A stretch of DNA of 64,000 nucleotides from Yuukianura sp. NJ FZ-2021 (taxonomy: Eukaryota): contig CM102284.1 in the NCBI GenBank assembly GCA_046563655.1, forward strand, positions 5,084,001 through 5,148,000. The letters run 5' to 3'. Of the stretch, positions 50,739-64,000 are shown piece by piece. Positions within the stretch are counted from its first letter, which is position 1, and each line of letters starts with the position of its first letter. Both the position numbers and the translations under genes were made by a program. A model generated the notes under the pieces. The model ran no database searches. It saw only the letters and a program-made list of their open reading frames with translations, and was not told the DNA's origin.

Positions 50739-53166
50739 ATGTCGGAATCTAGTGTGGAGGTACTGTATCGTCGTCCTGAGAAAACGGAAGAACACGAGAG
50801 GTAAGGTTGTGCATAAATTTAAAAAGACAGGTCAAAGGTCAAGATCCATTTTTCTTTTCCAGTTCTGTCGTGAGTTCCAGTCCGAATGCTACTTCCAAGG
50901 TGAAGGTCAAGGTCAAGAGGTCAAAGTCATCCAAGCCTCAATACTATCTTGGTCCGCCGGATCTCGGAGCACTCCAGGCTCAACTTATTTCTCGACCAGT
51001 GACAGCCGTTGATAGGTGAGCGTTTTACCGTTGCTGTTTTTAACTTTTTCTTGATTTTCAAAATTTTGAAATATTTCCTAATTTTTCTACTGTATTTTTC
51101 AGGTTGTTTTACCGCAGAAAGTCTGTTGTAGCCTCGATTCGGGAGAGAGCTGAAGAGCCCGATAAAATCCTACCTCCTGGGAGACTGCCAATTTGGGAAC
51201 GAATTCACCTGCCAGACAAAGTTCCAGCTCCGAATATTCCAAATCACAGAATCGTTTGGTCACGCGGCAAAATTTGTCACGGCGTAGGTCATTTGGATCA
51301 AATTTCAATTATAACTTAAATTGTCACTAGTGACATAACCTGAAATTTGAACTTTCTTCGCAGCTTCTTCACCAGAACTGTCCAGAATTCTGTCTGGATG
51401 ACCCGTATAATCGTTATCGTGTGGCCACAGGGCCCTATGACCCCCTTCATGACGAAAACACAAAGTCCTACTTCCAGGCCCCTTCAGTCCAGAAACTGCT
51501 GCAAGATCAAGGGCTCATCACTCCGCGTGGATCTGTCCCTTGCTCACTCACAAGCTTCAATAACTGGAGAGCTCAGTTGAATGCATCAGTCTACACACAG
51601 AAAGTCAAAAAAGTTTTGAACCAAATTGTAAGATTCACTTTCAAATTTTGCGAAACATTGTCCAACTTTTTCTTATAACTGGTCAAATTAAAGGTGAAAC
51701 ACAAAGAAGCGGATGCTGCACAGTTGAAAAGAATTGCAGAATATGACAGGCAGGAGAAATTTGCACGGGAGCAATCCGGACGTATGCAGAAGGCAATCAA
51801 AGCTCGGGAGAAAGCAGACAGAACTCAGCGAGAAAATTTGGAAAAGTCAGAAAATATTTCTCGAAAGCAGATTAGCTCATTTTCGAACTTCGTTCTTAAC
51901 AATTTGGCCTTTGACCTTAACGTTTTTCTAGATACGAAGATGGCTTGAAGAAAAAGGAGGAGCGCCTGCGTCGATGTCAAGTGAATATGGCCAAGGAACA
52001 GTTGGAGCGCATGATCAGAAACAATCAACGCTGTCAGAAGCGAAACAAAAACTTGATGATACGCTTGCGACGAAAAGAAATGGCACGACAGCAGTTGATT
52101 TATAAGATTGTTGAAAAAGACGTAGAGGCCGAGCGTCGTCTGGAGGCAAAATGCTTGAATCAGCAGCGACAAGTGGAAGAACAGGTTACTATTCATAAAA
52201 AAAATTCAAATTCTTTTTTTCTTTTTAAAATTTTGAAGACAAAATCTCTTTTTTTTTTAGTTTGAATCCCGAATCCAAGCACACTGCCGAGTTCAAGAGA
52301 TTGAAAATGAGCGTGAGAAGTTTGTGCTTGATTCGCTGGAGAAGGAAATGAAGGAACACACGCGCAGTCGTCAATTGGCTTACGCCAAAGCACAAAGCAA
52401 ACCACGTAAGAAAACAAAATTTTGACCTTCAAAGCCAAAGGTCAACCCGATTTTTTTTGCAGTTGTAAGCAAGGCTGAGACTCGTCGTATGGAGTTGGCA
52501 CGTAAATATGGTCGTAGATGGGCGGAGCTTACTGCAAAACGACAATTGGAGCGATGCTTGGTCCGACATTCGTCAATGTTTCACCTTCCGACGGAACTGG
52601 GGGCCACTCTGGTCTACTTGAGCAATCGTCTACCCGGAACAGTCTCAATTCAATGTACAGATAAAAATTTAGTTAAACTTTTTGAATTTTAGTTTGAATC
52701 TTTGTTTTAACTTTTCTAAACAGCTCTTTCTCCACCAAGCTCGGCTGCAGCACTTGCAGAATACAATGCAGCAGAAGTGAAACAATCGACAAGTTACATG
52801 TCGGTATCAGACGTACCGGACCGTGGAACGCTGGAATTTATTCTCACTGAAGTTCGTCGTACCGCGGGGGTCAAATCCAGGTCAAAGGTCAAGGAAATCG
52901 CATTTTCTCCACCTGTATTTGACGGAACAGGAGATTCAAATGTGGGCAACAAATTGAAGAAAGGAGAGGGAAAGTTACTGCCACTCTCAGCGGGTGCAAG
53001 TGGCAGCTCTTTGACCAGCACTGGGTCATTTTCACTAATCACCAAAAGATCAAAAAGTCAAGGTCACGATCAAGGTCATCTGAATCAAAAAACTGCTGCT
53101 GGAGACAGCATTTTCAAAGTCAATGAATCAGGCACTCCTGCATTACTGGAGCCAAACAAAAACTAA
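50739..53166 (+). CDS. FSIP2 N-terminal-domain protein with coiled coil (fibrous-sheath-interacting protein 2-like)
   Basis: About nine exons. FCLDDPY..YDPLHDENTKSYF..LLQDQGLITPRGSVPCSLTSFNNWRAQL follows the conserved FSIP2 N-terminal motif (F.L.DPY..Y..LHD....Y....G.IT....V.C.L..N.R..L) and is followed by a K/R/E-rich coiled coil. Confidence 0.75.
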
Positions 53167-56100
53167 TTTTGCTCAAATCAATAGCGAAAATTCAAAAAAT
53201 TTATAAAACCATAGAAGACGTGGGAAAAGCGTTTTCATCCTTTGCCGGTTTTCGGATTGGTAATTTTAGTTTGTTTCAACACTGAAAAATAAAAAGCCTT
53301 CACTTTCACTTTTGTTTTTCGAAATAGTTTCTTAGCGAAATTCGTGTTCAACATTGTTGAAAAACAAACCCAATCATACGATTATGTAATCCATTTCAAA
53401 ATTCGCTTTGTTTCTTTTTCGACAATGAATTTGCCACGCTTCAAGCCCTCGCTTCGCATAATCCAGTCTGACCCATTTTCGAAATCCACTGTTTAAGATA
53501 ACTACAATCCATTTGAAAATTTGACTCCAAATTACAAGCGTTTCAATTTTCAGCGCTCTTCCGCGAGCCTGGAGGATTCAAAAATTTTAAAGTGAATCTC
53601 CTTGCGAGACTGGCAGTTTTCATTTATGATTATTTCCTGGCTCAAACGAGACGAAGAGATGCTATTCTAGAGAGAACGAAGAACGAAGTCTACAGAAACA
53701 TAAATTGAAATCATGTCACCCCAGTGTCGCTTTTGGAAACACCACAACGCTTCTTCTTCTCTTAACTTGATGACAAGCTGCATCAGAAACACAATGGTAA
53801 AAGTTATACCGAAACTACGAAACATCCTTTCGATGTTACTCTGTTTCCAACTTCAACATAGTAATCATCAAACTTTTTCCAAAAAAAAAGTCGAACTTCC
53901 TTTGTGCGAACAAAATTATGTCAGTTTGAGAGTTTCTCGGTGAAAGTAAACTTTCACCAACAGAAAAGAAAAATCAAAACGAAACTTTTGTTTCGTTTCA
54001 CAGGTTCCAATCACTGAAACTTTTTGTACAAAAACCAGCGAAAAAATTCCAGCAGTCGGAATTTCTTACTTTTTGTTTGACTTTTCTCTTTTGTTTTTCA
54101 GATTGAAAAGTTTCGGTGAAGGTGAATGTAAAACTTGAACCGAGATAGAGTGGAAAAGGCTTAGGTTTTCCAAGTAATCCAACCAAAATTGGACTACAGC
54201 TGTTTACTTTTACGCTTTTTGTCAAGTGTCAACTGGATTTGAGTGATGAAAAGAACAAGCCAAGAGGAAAAAGTCCAGATAAATTAAAATGTGTTGCTTT
54301 GTGAGAGGCGATTCGAAGTTAAACTACGCATGAGTTTGATACGGCTTTTCACCTCATGAACTAAAATTAGACTTGAAGTAAACAAAATAAAGTTTTTCAG
54401 GGAAAAAACTCTGCGAAAAAGTACAAAAAAAAGTAGAAAAAACGAGGAAAAAAGCATGCAAGGTACTAAAAATTCATGACAGTCGATTGCTACTTCGGAA
54501 ATTAAAAACGTGGCTTTAGTTTATGACCCATGCCACTCCGGATGTCAAATTTTCCAGATTCGCAACTTCATAATTTCCAAATCCACACAGGAGAATGGTA
54601 GCTTTTCATACAAATTGAAAACAACGGGACTAGAGTGTACACTTTTTAGTAGTTTTTGTCACCTTTTAGTGACGTGCTTACGTGGAACTTTTCGTACGAT
54701 TGTTAGTAAAGTACTATCTCACACGTCGTAAGGTCCGCCTCCTACGAACAAACAAAGATGAAATGGGACACAGTTTCCTAGTTGTAAATATTGAACAAAC
54801 AAAGCTTGTAGTAGGTTTTCACGGGAAAAGCGGACAAAGAATGTTATACGATGGCAGAATGAATCCAATTTTGCCTTATTGGATTGAATCCAGTGACTCG
54901 CAATGGTAAACGTCATTTCACGATTTTTTGTTTACTCGGTTTTTGTTAGAGTAGATTTACTTGGAAGGACTCAAAACTGTGATTGAAAATTTTTACAATG
55001 AAAACAAACCAATCCTGTTTCAAATCAAGTCAATTCAATAACCGGAACACACAAAAATTGAAAATAAAATTGTAAGCACTACGTATTGTATTGTGGTTTT
55101 AAGATTAAAATTTTGAACTATACGTGCTGAGTTGAACAAACAAAATTAAAATTTTGCAAACACTAGCGCAAAAATTACCGTAGAAGTTCTGTTTCGGGTT
55201 CAAGGCTGCTACTAACCACTTTTTTTTTGTTCGAAGTTTTAGAACAAACGATTTCCTGTGCGGAATTGATGGGAATTGAGAAAAAAAAGTTCGAAAAAAG
55301 AGATTTCCAAATGGAGATGACAAAACGATAATGTGATCCAATTTTTCAGGAGAAAGTTGATCCGTACTTTCACTCCAAAAACTTTTGCTTTTTCCGCCTT
55401 AAACTTTACCTAAAAATCAAAAGTAAAAGTAAAGCAATCACAACTTTTTGTGTCTACCCGCTGGGAACTCTGTCGATTTAAACATTCCTTCTACCCATTA
55501 CCGTAAATTTTCCCATAATTGCTCTCAATTTGGAAACTTTTTCAAAACTTTTACTTTATTTGGATCCAATATGATCTACTACATTGTGCCAGGCATGTGA
55601 GAGGGTAAAAGTTCCATTATTTGGAACTTTCCGGTACTTTCTTCACCTTTAAAAGTCAGTTTGGTTACCATTGAATTTGAATTCTTTATCCAAGAAGTTC
55701 AGCATTAAAATCCAACTGATCCGGTGGAATTTTCTTTTTCTGTTTTTTTGAAAAGGAAAAGTTTTTCCTAAATCCACTTTCCATTTTTTTTTGAAACGGA
55801 GAAAATACCTCCACTGGGTTGCTCTTTTTAAAAAGTTGGAAAAGTTTTTGGTCGTTTTCTCAAACTTTATTTTGCGTAATAACTTTCGAAAATGTTTTTT
55901 TATTTTCACATTTATGTGAACATTATAAACACACCTAGCTTGGAGGTTCAAAAAACGACGTAAACTTTTTGAGACTGACTAAACACAATTTTCCGTGCTT
56001 TCCGTGTTGCAAAAGTTTAAATTGGTCACTTGCGTCGTAATTACGCAATCAACTCCAACTTTCTTGTTTTCTAAAATTTTGAAACAATTTGTTCAAAAAA

Positions 56101-58341
56101 CAACAATTTATAAAGTACACATCCCTTCATCATTTATGCTAACGTCGCATCACCATTTTATTTTTGTTTACATTCAATTTGCAAATATTGACCTCAACAA
56201 AAAAATGACCGTATTCTGAGAAAAAGCATGAACTGGAATCATAACTCTGTGAAACTTAAAGTAGACTGTACGTCCGACATGTGAGATTGTATGAAAAGTA
56301 CTAATTAGTAATGTTGTTAGAAATTAGGACTTTAGTATAATGGTGTAGCTGACTTTGACATCAGTTGCCTCACTTCAAATTCAGTGGCAGCATTAACTGG
56401 TGTCATGTCAGTTTCAGCAAAGTAATTAATGCTTACCAACTCCTCCTCCAATTGTTTTTACGGATCCAGAAGTTTCGCATCTTCCATTGTCACCATGAAC
56501 TTTAAGCACAAACATTAGACGCAGAAAGTGTTCCTAAGCATATCCGTGCCCATTTTTTGTCTCTTTTGTCTTTAGTGTGCCAAATTTGAACTTCCGAAAG
56601 TCAAAAGTGGCTCATTTTGTGCAAAAAGTGGATCCACAACAGCCACTTTTGAGCCTTTGTCTTACAAAGACGAAATTTGAACTTTATGAGGCGTTTTTGG
56701 ATCCATTGTTTCCTAAAATTTAGAGGTTGTTAGCCTCTTGGCCTTTCTTAGGAAAAGTTAATGAGGTTTTAATTTAGACAAATGTTGAAATTATTTTGCA
56801 ATTATGAGGGGGCAAAAGTTCCATTTTGAATACAAAAGTAAGTTTTCTGTGTTAGTAAAAAGAAGGCTTTCTCCAGTAGAGTGGATATCCTCAAGTAATA
56901 GTTGTAAAGTTACATTAGTCTAACGAAATTCCTTGCTCCAGATTAAGTTAGGTTTAGCCTAACCTTCTTTCTGGTTAGGTTTTAAGTTAGTGAAAGCAGT
57001 TCTAGAGAAAGTAGACATTTTTCGTTTTTTTTTCTCTTTTGAAATTAACTCATTCAAGTTCTAAAGAATGAGGCGGATGGATTTGTCAGAATCAGGAGAG
57101 AAAGATGTAAATTACAAGAGAAAGTGGGCGGGATTTCTTTGGAAAAATGCCCGGGATTTCTACGGTTTTGAAAAAAGACTAAACCGCTAGGCTAAAAAAA
57201 AGTCTCTCTTGAGAATGAAGAACCAATATCCAAAAGTGGTTCTCCACCCTCCTTCCCTTGGGTAACATCATAGCAATTAGTTCTCATTTTCAAGTGCCTT
57301 GTCACACTTATTTTCTGAAAAGATACAAAATGGTATGTTTTTTGAAAGGAAGAAAAAAGAGAAAAAGTTGTTTGCAGTTGTAATACAATGGAGAAAATAA
57401 GTGAAAGTGACAGAGCGCTACAACTTATTACTTCTGTTCTACTTCCCAATTCATTGTATTTTTTCTGTTTTGGAATTCATATTTTCCAACCAATTCGTGT
57501 AAGGGGTTTTCAACTTTTTCAAAAAATGGGAAAATAATTAGAAAGTCAACACCATTTCTCTAATGAACTTTTAATTTCAAGCAAAACAAAAAGAAAGTAA
57601 TTACGCACATGAACTACCTTTACTACTAATAGTTTTCAAATTATAATTTTTAATTGTAGCTGTAGCTTAATAGTTATAGTAAACTATGAAAAAAATAGCT
57701 TTTCGGAAAGAAAAGCATCGGACAAACAAAATCGAAATTTTGAAACTTTGATAAAATTTTGAAGTAAAGTGATTTTGTAGACCTACTGCCAACGAACATG
57801 AAATATTTAGCAATTAGATACTCTACTATTCGACAAGGTCATAAGTCAAATTACTCACATTGTTGAAAAGTATAGCTATTTTTACTGTTACACTATAAAA
57901 CAAAATTGTTCAATTTGAAAAACATTTTAAACAAAAATTACACCACTTTGGAAAACCGGAGCATGAAAGGGTTAATATATTTTGAATCTGAAAATCATCA
58001 CGCCGTTTTAACATCGGTAGTAAGTAGTTTCGTGGTTTACGTTTTTTTTTCACTTTCGCGCCGTTTGCTGTGTCCAACTTTCTCCGAATCTTAATTTATC
58101 TCTAAGTTTGGCTGGAGTTACTACTGAAAATAGAATTTTAGCTACAAATTTAAAGGAAAAACTAAAACATGGTTTTCGAAATTCACAGATTGACTGGTAA
58201 TGGTTCTTGACTGGACCACGTCATCTCTAGGACTGACCTGAACCACGTTCCGTAAGATTCTAACATAGGTTAGAGCGTGACCTTTGACCTACTAGTCCTT
58301 GACGTAGTGTTGTTTAACAGTGGTCCATGACGTTAGGTTTT

Positions 58342-61300
58342 TTACAATGCAGTGATGTGAACTCCATCAAGGACGCATGTTTCTTGTGAGATTTTGGAGA
58401 CGTCTGAAATGGCTGAACGTTGCGTGAGAGCTGCTTCTGTAAAATCTGTGGATCTTCCCAGAATTGCTGCTCCCTCGTCATCCGAATCCAGAAATCCATC
58501 TTCGTCTAGTTGTTCCGTAACAATTTTGGGAGGGTTGAAGTGATTGGTGCTCGTCATCATTCGACTGGAACAAGTGCCACTGGGTCCCGTCTTATTCCCT
58601 TTCCGCTTGTCATTTCCTTCGCTTTTTCGGTTACGCGGGAACACGGAATTCTCAATGTGCAGAGCAGCATTTATATCCTGGTTTCAAAATAAACAGACAA
58701 ATTGATTAAACTCGCAACTCGAATTTTTAAGTTGCGTATTCTAGACTGTGGTGCTTTGTTAGTTAATTTTGATTTCTTTTTCAAAATATTTTATTTTTCA
58801 AAATAATAACCTTCCTTGAAGACAAAATAGAAAACGTTTTAAAGGTTATCCAGAATCAAAAAATATAAAAACCGAACTAGACGTGTTTCATTTTTTAGTG
58901 TGTCAGTTTTGTTGTCGACGCATTTTTTTAGAAATCGCATGCAAGAAAATTTTTAGCAGAAAGAAGTTACTTAAACATACTTTTAGTTTACTTATTACGC
59001 TCCCGGGAGAGGAGATCTCAGAACTTTGAAACTAAAATTTAAAGATGCGTTTTTTTTTAAACAAAATTAAGTTCGGGATGGAAAAGAAGCTAACGATGTC
59101 CTAATTTTCAATTCCTTTCATTACTAGATTAAAATTAGTTAATAAGTACTCCCCTAAAAGTTTAAAAGGAAGATAAAGTTGCTTTACACCAAGTTCTGTA
59201 CAAAAGAATTCGTAAAACTCGAAGTGGGTTTTTGACATAACCTACTTTGTAAGCCTTGTTTTTTTTTAATTTTGCTTTCTATTCTGAACTTTTCTTTCAT
59301 CATTTTCTAGGAATAATCCGGACAAAAAGTAGCCAAGGATTTGATTTTCAAAAGAAATGAAATGAAACGAAAGAATCCAATCATTTCTTTAGAGTCAAAA
59401 ATCTCATTTTCGAACCATGTTTACTGCTACAAGGAGGAACGGAGAATATGAGACGAGAAAATTCCAAATTGAGTTACATTTCCAAAATTCATTCTGCATT
59501 CATTTGGAATTCATGCTGAGAAACTAAGAGGCGAAACACCTTTCCCTTGCAAATGAAAATTTTGAAAAGATGAGATGAACTAAAGATGCTCGTCTTTTTC
59601 TATGCGTCTTGTGAATAACTCTCGTATGTTCCAAATTTTGTGGATTCTGGAATCCTTATGGGATGAAGATGCTTCTCAGCTTTTCTTATTGCAATTCTAC
59701 CGAAGAACTGAACAGGAATAATAATGAGAAGAAATCTCCAAGCAGCTTAGCAATCTTCGTTCCATTCCAAGAAAAAGTTGATCATGAGGGGTGTTGTGTG
59801 GCACAAAAACTAAAAAGTCGAGGAAAAAGCGAGGATGACAAGAGAATGTTTTTAGTGACTGAGGGAAGTTCCGTCACGAATATCGCAGAAACTTTAAAAA
59901 TTCATGACAAAATTGTGGTACACAAAGAAGAATATTCATTTTTGTGAAAACTCGAAAAGGCAAAAAATTCTTTAATTTGATCATGCGGGGATTTTTGTTG
60001 CAGAAAAAATTAATACGAAAACATTCCATTTTGACATTGAACGTAAATTCTTTGGAACTGTTTCATTTACTTTTTAATAACATTCGACAAAAAAAAGGAG
60101 CAGTTAAGTTACCTAATTTCAAAATTCTTTAGTTTTTTAAATGTCTACTGCGCTGCTGTATGCAGCAATTTCGTTTCTCTTTTCTTTGTAAGTGTCAAGA
60201 GCTTCCAGTGTTTGGAAATTCGTTTAAAAATGTCACTTGCAGGCTGTGCAAGCAAATATTCAGTGGATTTTGGTAATGTTTTGAGCCGAAGTCTGACAGG
60301 TGACAAATGACAGTTCAGCGTAGAAAAAGAGAACTGTAATACTACGTGACTTTTCAGACGTAACTAGATCTCTACTTTCCGTTTCATTTTGGTGTGGGGG
60401 TGTTTTCCTCTCAAGGAAAAAACTTTGCCATCAGTACGAATTAGCACGGATTCCGTGGCGGTTTTGTTTACTTAATCCTAATTTAGGTTTCTTATTCATT
60501 CATTAGGTTTTACCTAACCTTACATAATTAGATTGAGAATAAAAGCTTAGCCAAAAACCTACCTTTGATTTTTGTTTTTGGTTAACTAGATGTTACATTT
60601 CTCCGCGTAACTTTGAAACAAATTAATTAGTGTTTCTCGATAACTATTTTATGTAACAAGTAAAAATCAAACCAAATTCTTTAGAGAAAGGTAATGAAAG
60701 TTACGTCGTCACTGCTGGGATTTTCCTGGGAAAATGCTCTTTTCTTTCTTAGCAAGAAGTGTAGGCGGCGAGTGTTTTTATTAGACTTAGAAACTTGATT
60801 TGCTTTCCCCATTCATCCATCTATTTCCCATGTGGATTTAATTTCCTCATTAAAATGGAGAAGTGAACGTTGTAACCAAAATTAGCCTCTAAAAACTTTC
60901 TTTTACCGACAAGCAACAGAAATCTATTTTCATTTACATTATTCAATACCTAGAGATTCGTTCCCTAGCTAAATTTGGAGTCTATTCAAACGAAAAGTTG
61001 ACTATGAGGGGGCGTTTGCTCCAAAAAAAAAATAATTCAATTCTACAAAAAAGTTCAACATTTAATGAACAAAGGCGTACAACGTTAACTTTATCAACAT
61101 AAACTATTTTTAGAAAATCGTTCTTCGAATAAACAATTTCTCTTTTTCTGTATTTTCCTCTTTTTCTCTTTTTGATCCTATTGTTTTTAAATCTAAATGG
61201 AAATTTTCTCCTCACGATTTCTTGGTTTTTGAATAATTTTGAAACTTTTCCATAATTTTGAGGTTTTTCTCATCATATCAACAAAGAAAATTGAAAAAAG

Positions 61301-63318
61301 AAATGAATAACAACACAATAGGGTTGGCTTAGCCCTTTCTTTGATGCTTGAAAGAGAAAAGCAGAACAAAGGGAAATGAGAAAATATTAATAGAAAACAC
61401 TGCTTTTCAGCACAAAATTTCATGTTTCTCAAAATTTTCAAAATTGAAACTGTCAGTTGATCTTGCTTCAACCAAGAAAATCGGTCCAGCACATGCGCTC
61501 CTCATGCTAATTAAATTTCAAAATTTGCGTAAACATTGAAAAATTGGACAAGCAAGTCCCATGTGACTTACACATCAATTTTCTTTTGATCTTTTTAGTT
61601 GTAACTTTTCACTTGAGTAAGCACTCCACTTGGCTCACTGCTTGTATGTTCCAAAATTTCAAAAATCTTTGCACGTTTTGTTCGTTGCCGTATTTTTTCT
61701 AACGTTCTGTTCGTAACCACTTGGGTGGATGGGCAGTAACCACTGAAGGGAAAGTTATTTTCTTTTTTTAATAAAATATGAGCATGTAAATCAATGCAGG
61801 CATGACACTGTCTCGTCTCAACCCACTTTCTATCCAATTCTGTGCTCCAAATATGCTCTAGAAACAAAAAAAAATGAAGCCTGCTAGGAAAATTCGACTT
61901 CATAGGAAGCACTACACATTTGTTTTATTTGATTTTTTTTTGGCAATTTAAAAAGCGATAGGCGGAGTTACTGGTGAAAGCAAAAACTTGTAAATTCTCA
62001 AATTTTTTTTAGCTTCCAGGCCTAAAGAGAACCGGGATCTACTTGACCTTAATTTTCAAAATTCTCGAAGTGAAAATAGCCTCACAAATAGAAAAATTTT
62101 GGATTTTTTGTTGATTTTTCGAAAGCGTAGGTTATTAAACCCAGGATAACAAAATATTGACTCAACAGTTTACGTCGTTTCCATTTTACGGCGATTCCGA
62201 AGACGCACGTTGACATTCCGTTTTGGATCAATTTGACACGTTCGAAAAGTGTTTCAAAAATAACAGGAGAAAGTTAAGGGCAAAGGTCATAAAGTGAGTA
62301 AACTCGGTTTTAAATTCAGATTCAGAAATATTTTTTAAATTCAGATTCTTGTTTTTGATGAAACAAAGTTTGTAGTTCAAAAGGGTAGAAATTCTCTTTC
62401 ACTTTTTCTTTGAAAAACGTGTTCAGAAAGAACAAAAGTGACTTACCTTTTGGTTAGCACATGAGCAGGCCTTGAGAAAGCTCTTTTTGAAATTGTCCGA
62501 GAGAAAAGCATAGAGGATTGGATTCATAGCGGAGTTAGAGTAGCTCAAACAACCCATCAAAAGGTACGTGATGATGATGACTTCGGAGTGCACCGATTCC
62601 TTGTCCGTAGTCAACAGAAAAAGCTTGAAAGCAAAGGTCAAAGGTCAAACTTTAATTAGTTTTCCGTGGTAAATTGACCAGGGAAAGTGGTCCTTTTGAA
62701 ACTATAGTACTTTCCAAAGAATGAACTCTCACTTTACCTGTGAAATCCAATAGGGTGCCCAACATACAAAGTAGACCGTGATGACCTAATAGGCAAGAAC
62801 AACAAAGGCGGAGCTAAATTAGTTATTTAGTGGGTTATTCAGGCTAACTTAGATTTCAAACTTTCATAACTTCATTAACGTTAGGTTTTAGACCTCCGCC
62901 TACTTTGTAAACTTTGAAGTTCAAAGTTGTGTTTTAATTTCCGATTTCAATTAAGTGCTAATTGTTTTCAAAACTCGGAGTGTTTTGTCTTTTACTTTGG
63001 TTAGGGTAACAAAAATTACATTTACGTTATGCCTAGAGTGTTTGAACTTACAGTGAGGACGAGTTTCGTAACTTTGCGATGAGATCGCCTACGGTCCTTG
63101 GCTCGATTTTGTTGGTTGGTGGAGAGGGAATTGGCCCCGTCCTTGGTGGGTAAAGGTGGGTTTCTCTTGGGCCCCACATGGCGGAGCCGCATGATGACGA
63201 GGATGTAGAAAATGGAAATCAAAGACAGTGGAATGAGGAATCCAAGTAGAAACGAGTAGACCATGAACGTATGCTCGCCATTTCCCCAACCACTTGGCCA
63301 GTAAATGTTGCAACTCAC
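58342..63318 (-). CDS. AstC-R: Allatostatin-C (somatostatin/opioid-type) receptor, TM5 to C-terminus; 5' exons not found in this window
   Basis: Exons 63318-63052 (SCNIYWP...[11 protein letters not shown]...[14 protein letters not shown]), 62785-62738 ([13 protein letters not shown]), 62623-62447 ([23 protein letters not shown]) and 58677-58342 ([15 protein letters not shown]...). Confidence 0.9.
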
Positions 63319-64000
63319 CTAAAATCAAAAGTTTTCAAGGTCAAGGGTCCAAGGACATGACAAGGTGAACAGTAAGGGTCGCAAATCAGGCAGTGTCTCG
63401 TGAAATCCAGATTTTGGATTCTTCCGGATTTTTAGCGCCAAAATCCGGATTTCAGGTAACATGGTTATTCCCATAAGAAAATTTTCGACATCTTCAAGAG
63501 CACGAAAAAGTATGTTGCATAAACCATTATCCAAAAACATTAATTTTAGGTATTCAGTATGCTAAATTGTTTTCAAGAAAAGTAAAAGAAATTCTTTGTG
63601 GAAATCTTTTTTCTTCGTTTACCTTCCTAACCTTTACCATTGCTTTAAACTAGATTGGAAAATAATTTAGCGTGTACCCTACTGCCCCCAATGCCGTCTT
63701 GCCTTCGTCAAATACAACGTTAAGTGCGGATTTAAAATTTAGAAATCCGGATCTCGGATTATCCGAATCCGGAATCTAAACTCCGGATTGCGATTTGGTA
63801 CCCCTAGTCAACAGAAATTCAAAGTAGCGTGAATCGTGAAAGTTACTCCTAACGCATAACTTGTGTGTGTTTTATTTCTTTTTGTTCTCCTACTTGCAAA
63901 AAACTAAACTATATAATAATTTGTGAGCAAAATTTTTGAATTTTGAAATTGTTGACCGGAATTCAAATCACATCGACTTTCAATTTTTGTCGCAACAAAC

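Noticed and set aside
56600-56655. Short inverted repeat AAAAGTGGCT...AGCCACTTTT
   Set aside because: Only ~12 bp of pairing, with no TSD or other context.
53200-58250. Numerous 60-100 aa ORFs in AT-rich intergenic DNA
   Set aside because: F/K/L/I-rich translations typical of non-coding AT-rich sequence, with no splice-consistent gene model.
63390-63806. TCCGGA-rich patches in the GPCR intron resembling MITE subterminal repeats
   Set aside because: No matching TIR pair or TSD could be defined.

Overview
AT-rich, intron-containing animal DNA with short (~60-90 bp) GT-AG introns. It is most likely a compact-genome arthropod such as a springtail; this is inferred from gene content and TTAGG repeats. 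Left to right: a ~2325-aa ankyrin-WGR-PARP gene (PME-5/TANK-1-type architecture, intact H-Y-E triad); an intact CYP2-clan P450 with a tandem, multiply deleted pseudogene copy; Pcf11; a small secreted WAP-like gene; a Pro/Ser/Thr-rich ORF; PPP4R2 followed by a 4.4-kb tandem duplication whose PPP4R2 copy was disrupted by two MITEs; glomulin; an orphan basic protein; divergent ODF3/SHIPPO-like and FSIP2-like flagellar genes; and the 3' half of an allatostatin-C/somatostatin-type GPCR. The most striking unexplained signal is ten exact copies of the nuclear-receptor DR1 12-mer GGTCAAAGGTCA, spread over introns, a 3' UTR and coding exons of seven different genes. Exon coordinates were read by hand and family calls rest on recognised motifs, not database searches.
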